A DNA stretch of 64,000 nt, taken from NCBI GenBank assembly GCA_937934305.1, contig CALHAG010000023.1, positions 14,466 through 78,465 of the forward strand. The letters are read 5' to 3'. Source of the DNA: Candidatus Caldarchaeum subterraneum. GTDB lineage: Archaea; Thermoproteota; Nitrososphaeria_A; Caldarchaeales; Caldarchaeaceae. Shown piece by piece: positions 63,054 to 64,000 of the stretch (positions are counted from its first letter, which is position 1; each line of letters starts with the position of its first letter). Made by a program: the position numbers and the translations under genes. The notes beneath the pieces are model-generated. The model searched no databases. It had not been told where the DNA came from and was given only the letters and a program-made list of their open reading frames with translations.

Positions 63054-63713
63054 GTGTTGATGGCTGCGGTGTTGGGTGGCACGGGTGACTTGGGGTTTGG
63101 GCTGGCTGCACGTCTTGCCAAAGCCGGTGTAGATGTTGTTATCGGTTCTCGAAAGCTTGAACGTGCTGTTGAGGCTGCGGAGAAAATAAGGACACTAGTG
63201 GGTAGAGACAATGTGCATGGCGCTGTCAACAGAGATGCTGCGAAAGACGTCGAGGTTATTTTCTTCAGCGTGCCTTATGAAGGCCTCGTGGAAATAGCTA
63301 GAGAAGTGGCGCCGTTTCTCCAGCAATCGACGGTGGGCGTCTCCTGCGTAGTGCCTTTTGTCGAGGATGTGTGTGCGGCGGAGATGCTTGCCGAGAACCT
63401 GCAGCCGGGTGCCAAGGTAGTCTCAGCGCTTCATACAGTAAGCGCATCCCTACTCTCCGACATATCCAAACCAGTCAACTCCGACACCTTCATTTTCGGA
63501 GACGACCGAGACGCCAAGAAGAAGGTAGCCAACCTATTAAAACTCGTCGAGGGCCTCCGGCCCGTGGACGGCGGTCCATTGAAAAACTCGCGATACGGAG
63601 AGCTTTTTACGAGATTTCTAGTCGGAGTAAATAAGCGGTACGGTGTTTCGTGGGCGGGCCTACGTGTAACTTGGCTTGATGACGAGGTGGTGGCGAAGAG
63701 ATGGGAGCTGTGA
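63054..63713 (+). CDS. npdG: NADPH-dependent F420 reductase
   Basis: About 218 aa. AVLGGTGDLGFGLAARLAKAGVDVVIGSRKLERA matches the Npd N-terminal dinucleotide-binding signature. Track start is GTG 63054; an ATG at 63060 is equally plausible. A TATA-like TATAATAA sits at 63020..63027. Confidence 0.75.
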   Translation: MLMAAVLGGTGDLGFGLAARLAKAGVDVVIGSRKLERAVEAAEKIRTLVGRDNVHGAVNRDAAKDVEVIFFSVPYEGLVEIAREVAPFLQQSTVGVSCVVPFVEDVCAAEMLAENLQPGAKVVSALHTVSASLLSDISKPVNSDTFIFGDDRDAKKKVANLLKLVEGLRPVDGGPLKNSRYGELFTRFLVGVNKRYGVSWAGLRVTWLDDEVVAKRWEL

Positions 63714-64000
63714 AAGTTTCGCCTCATATCTTCAGGGCCTATGACATCCGCGGAGTCTACGGTGTTGACCTGGATGAGAGTCTCGCTTACAGCGTTGGCC
63801 GGGCTTTCGGCAAAATTGTTACTGGGAAGGTTGTGGTCGGTCGGGATGTTAGGAGAAGCGGTGAATCACTTGTCAAAGCACTGTGTGACGGATTGACTGA
63901 TGCAGGCCATGATGTGTTAAACCTCGGAGTCTGCACGACTCCCGCATGCTATTTCGGAGGCAGGTTCTACAGAGCAGGAGGAGGAGTCATGGTAACAGCC
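63701..64000 (+). CDS. Phosphomannomutase/phosphoglucomutase-family enzyme (N-terminal 100 codons; continues beyond the window)
   Basis: Absent from the ORF track because it runs off the edge. My translation from ATG 63701: MGAVKVSPHIFRAYDIRGVYGVDLDESLAYSVGRAFG...VVVGRDVRRSGESL...GVMVTA. FRAYDIRG and the approach to the (T/V)ASHNP phosphoserine loop are diagnostic. Overlaps npdG by 13 nt. Confidence 0.8.
   Translation, partial: MGAVKVSPHIFRAYDIRGVYGVDLDESLAYSVGRAFGKIVTGKVVVGRDVRRSGESLVKALCDGLTDAGHDVLNLGVCTTPACYFGGRFYRAGGGVMVTA

Noticed and set aside
1-64000. CRISPR arrays, transposases/IS elements, integrases, prophage or plasmid genes, toxin-antitoxin pairs and known defence-system hallmarks.
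   Set aside because: I found no regularly spaced direct repeats in any intergenic region (the longest spacers are about 100-240 nt). No ORF has transposase, integrase, Cas, restriction or abortive-infection motifs. The PIN domains present belong to Nob1 and the COG1855 ATPase, not to VapC-type toxins.

Overview
This is a densely coding archaeal chromosomal segment. The archaeal call rests on DnaG primase, Pelota, aIF2-beta, aIF6, L31e, prefoldin-alpha, FtsY plus SRP RNA, CarS, DGGGP synthase, class-I HMG-CoA reductase, FBP aldolase/phosphatase, tRNA-splicing endonuclease, NreA and Nob1. It is probably a TACK/Thermoproteota-type organism, but I cannot assign it from sequence alone. I can support about 80 protein genes, two intron-less tRNAs (Thr-CGU, Leu-CAG) and one SRP (7S) RNA. 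Most genes look leaderless, with A/T-rich TATA-like boxes about 25-32 nt upstream. Many are chained by ATGA or TTGA start/stop overlaps, and convergent neighbours often overlap at their 3' ends. Functional content: three ABC importers (Zn/Mn-type, phosphonate-type, oligopeptide-type), the polyamine genes speH-speE, an acyl-CoA/hydrolase cluster, guaA, two Glu-dehydrogenase-family paralogues and several F420-linked enzymes. There is also the conserved L31e-aIF6-prefoldin-FtsY block and lipid genes (carS, hmgA, DGGGP synthase). I saw no CRISPR array, transposase, integrase, prophage or recognisable defence system, so this reads as core genome rather than an island. Candidates most worth a second look: (1) a seven-gene, translationally coupled MoxR-DUF58-DUF4129 membrane/surface module (47639..53577) that runs straight into fbp. 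(2) A tandem-duplicated ThyX-fold protein whose catalytic motifs are split between its two halves, chained by 4-nt overlaps to queD-queC. (3) phnE, whose ATGA-coupled start codon is out of frame with the gene body at an A3T3 run. (4) Palindromic or repeated operator-like motifs in two ABC-transporter promoters. (5) A lone 2-oxoacid dehydrogenase E1-alpha gene abutting the SRP RNA. All functional calls come from motif recognition by eye; no database search was run.
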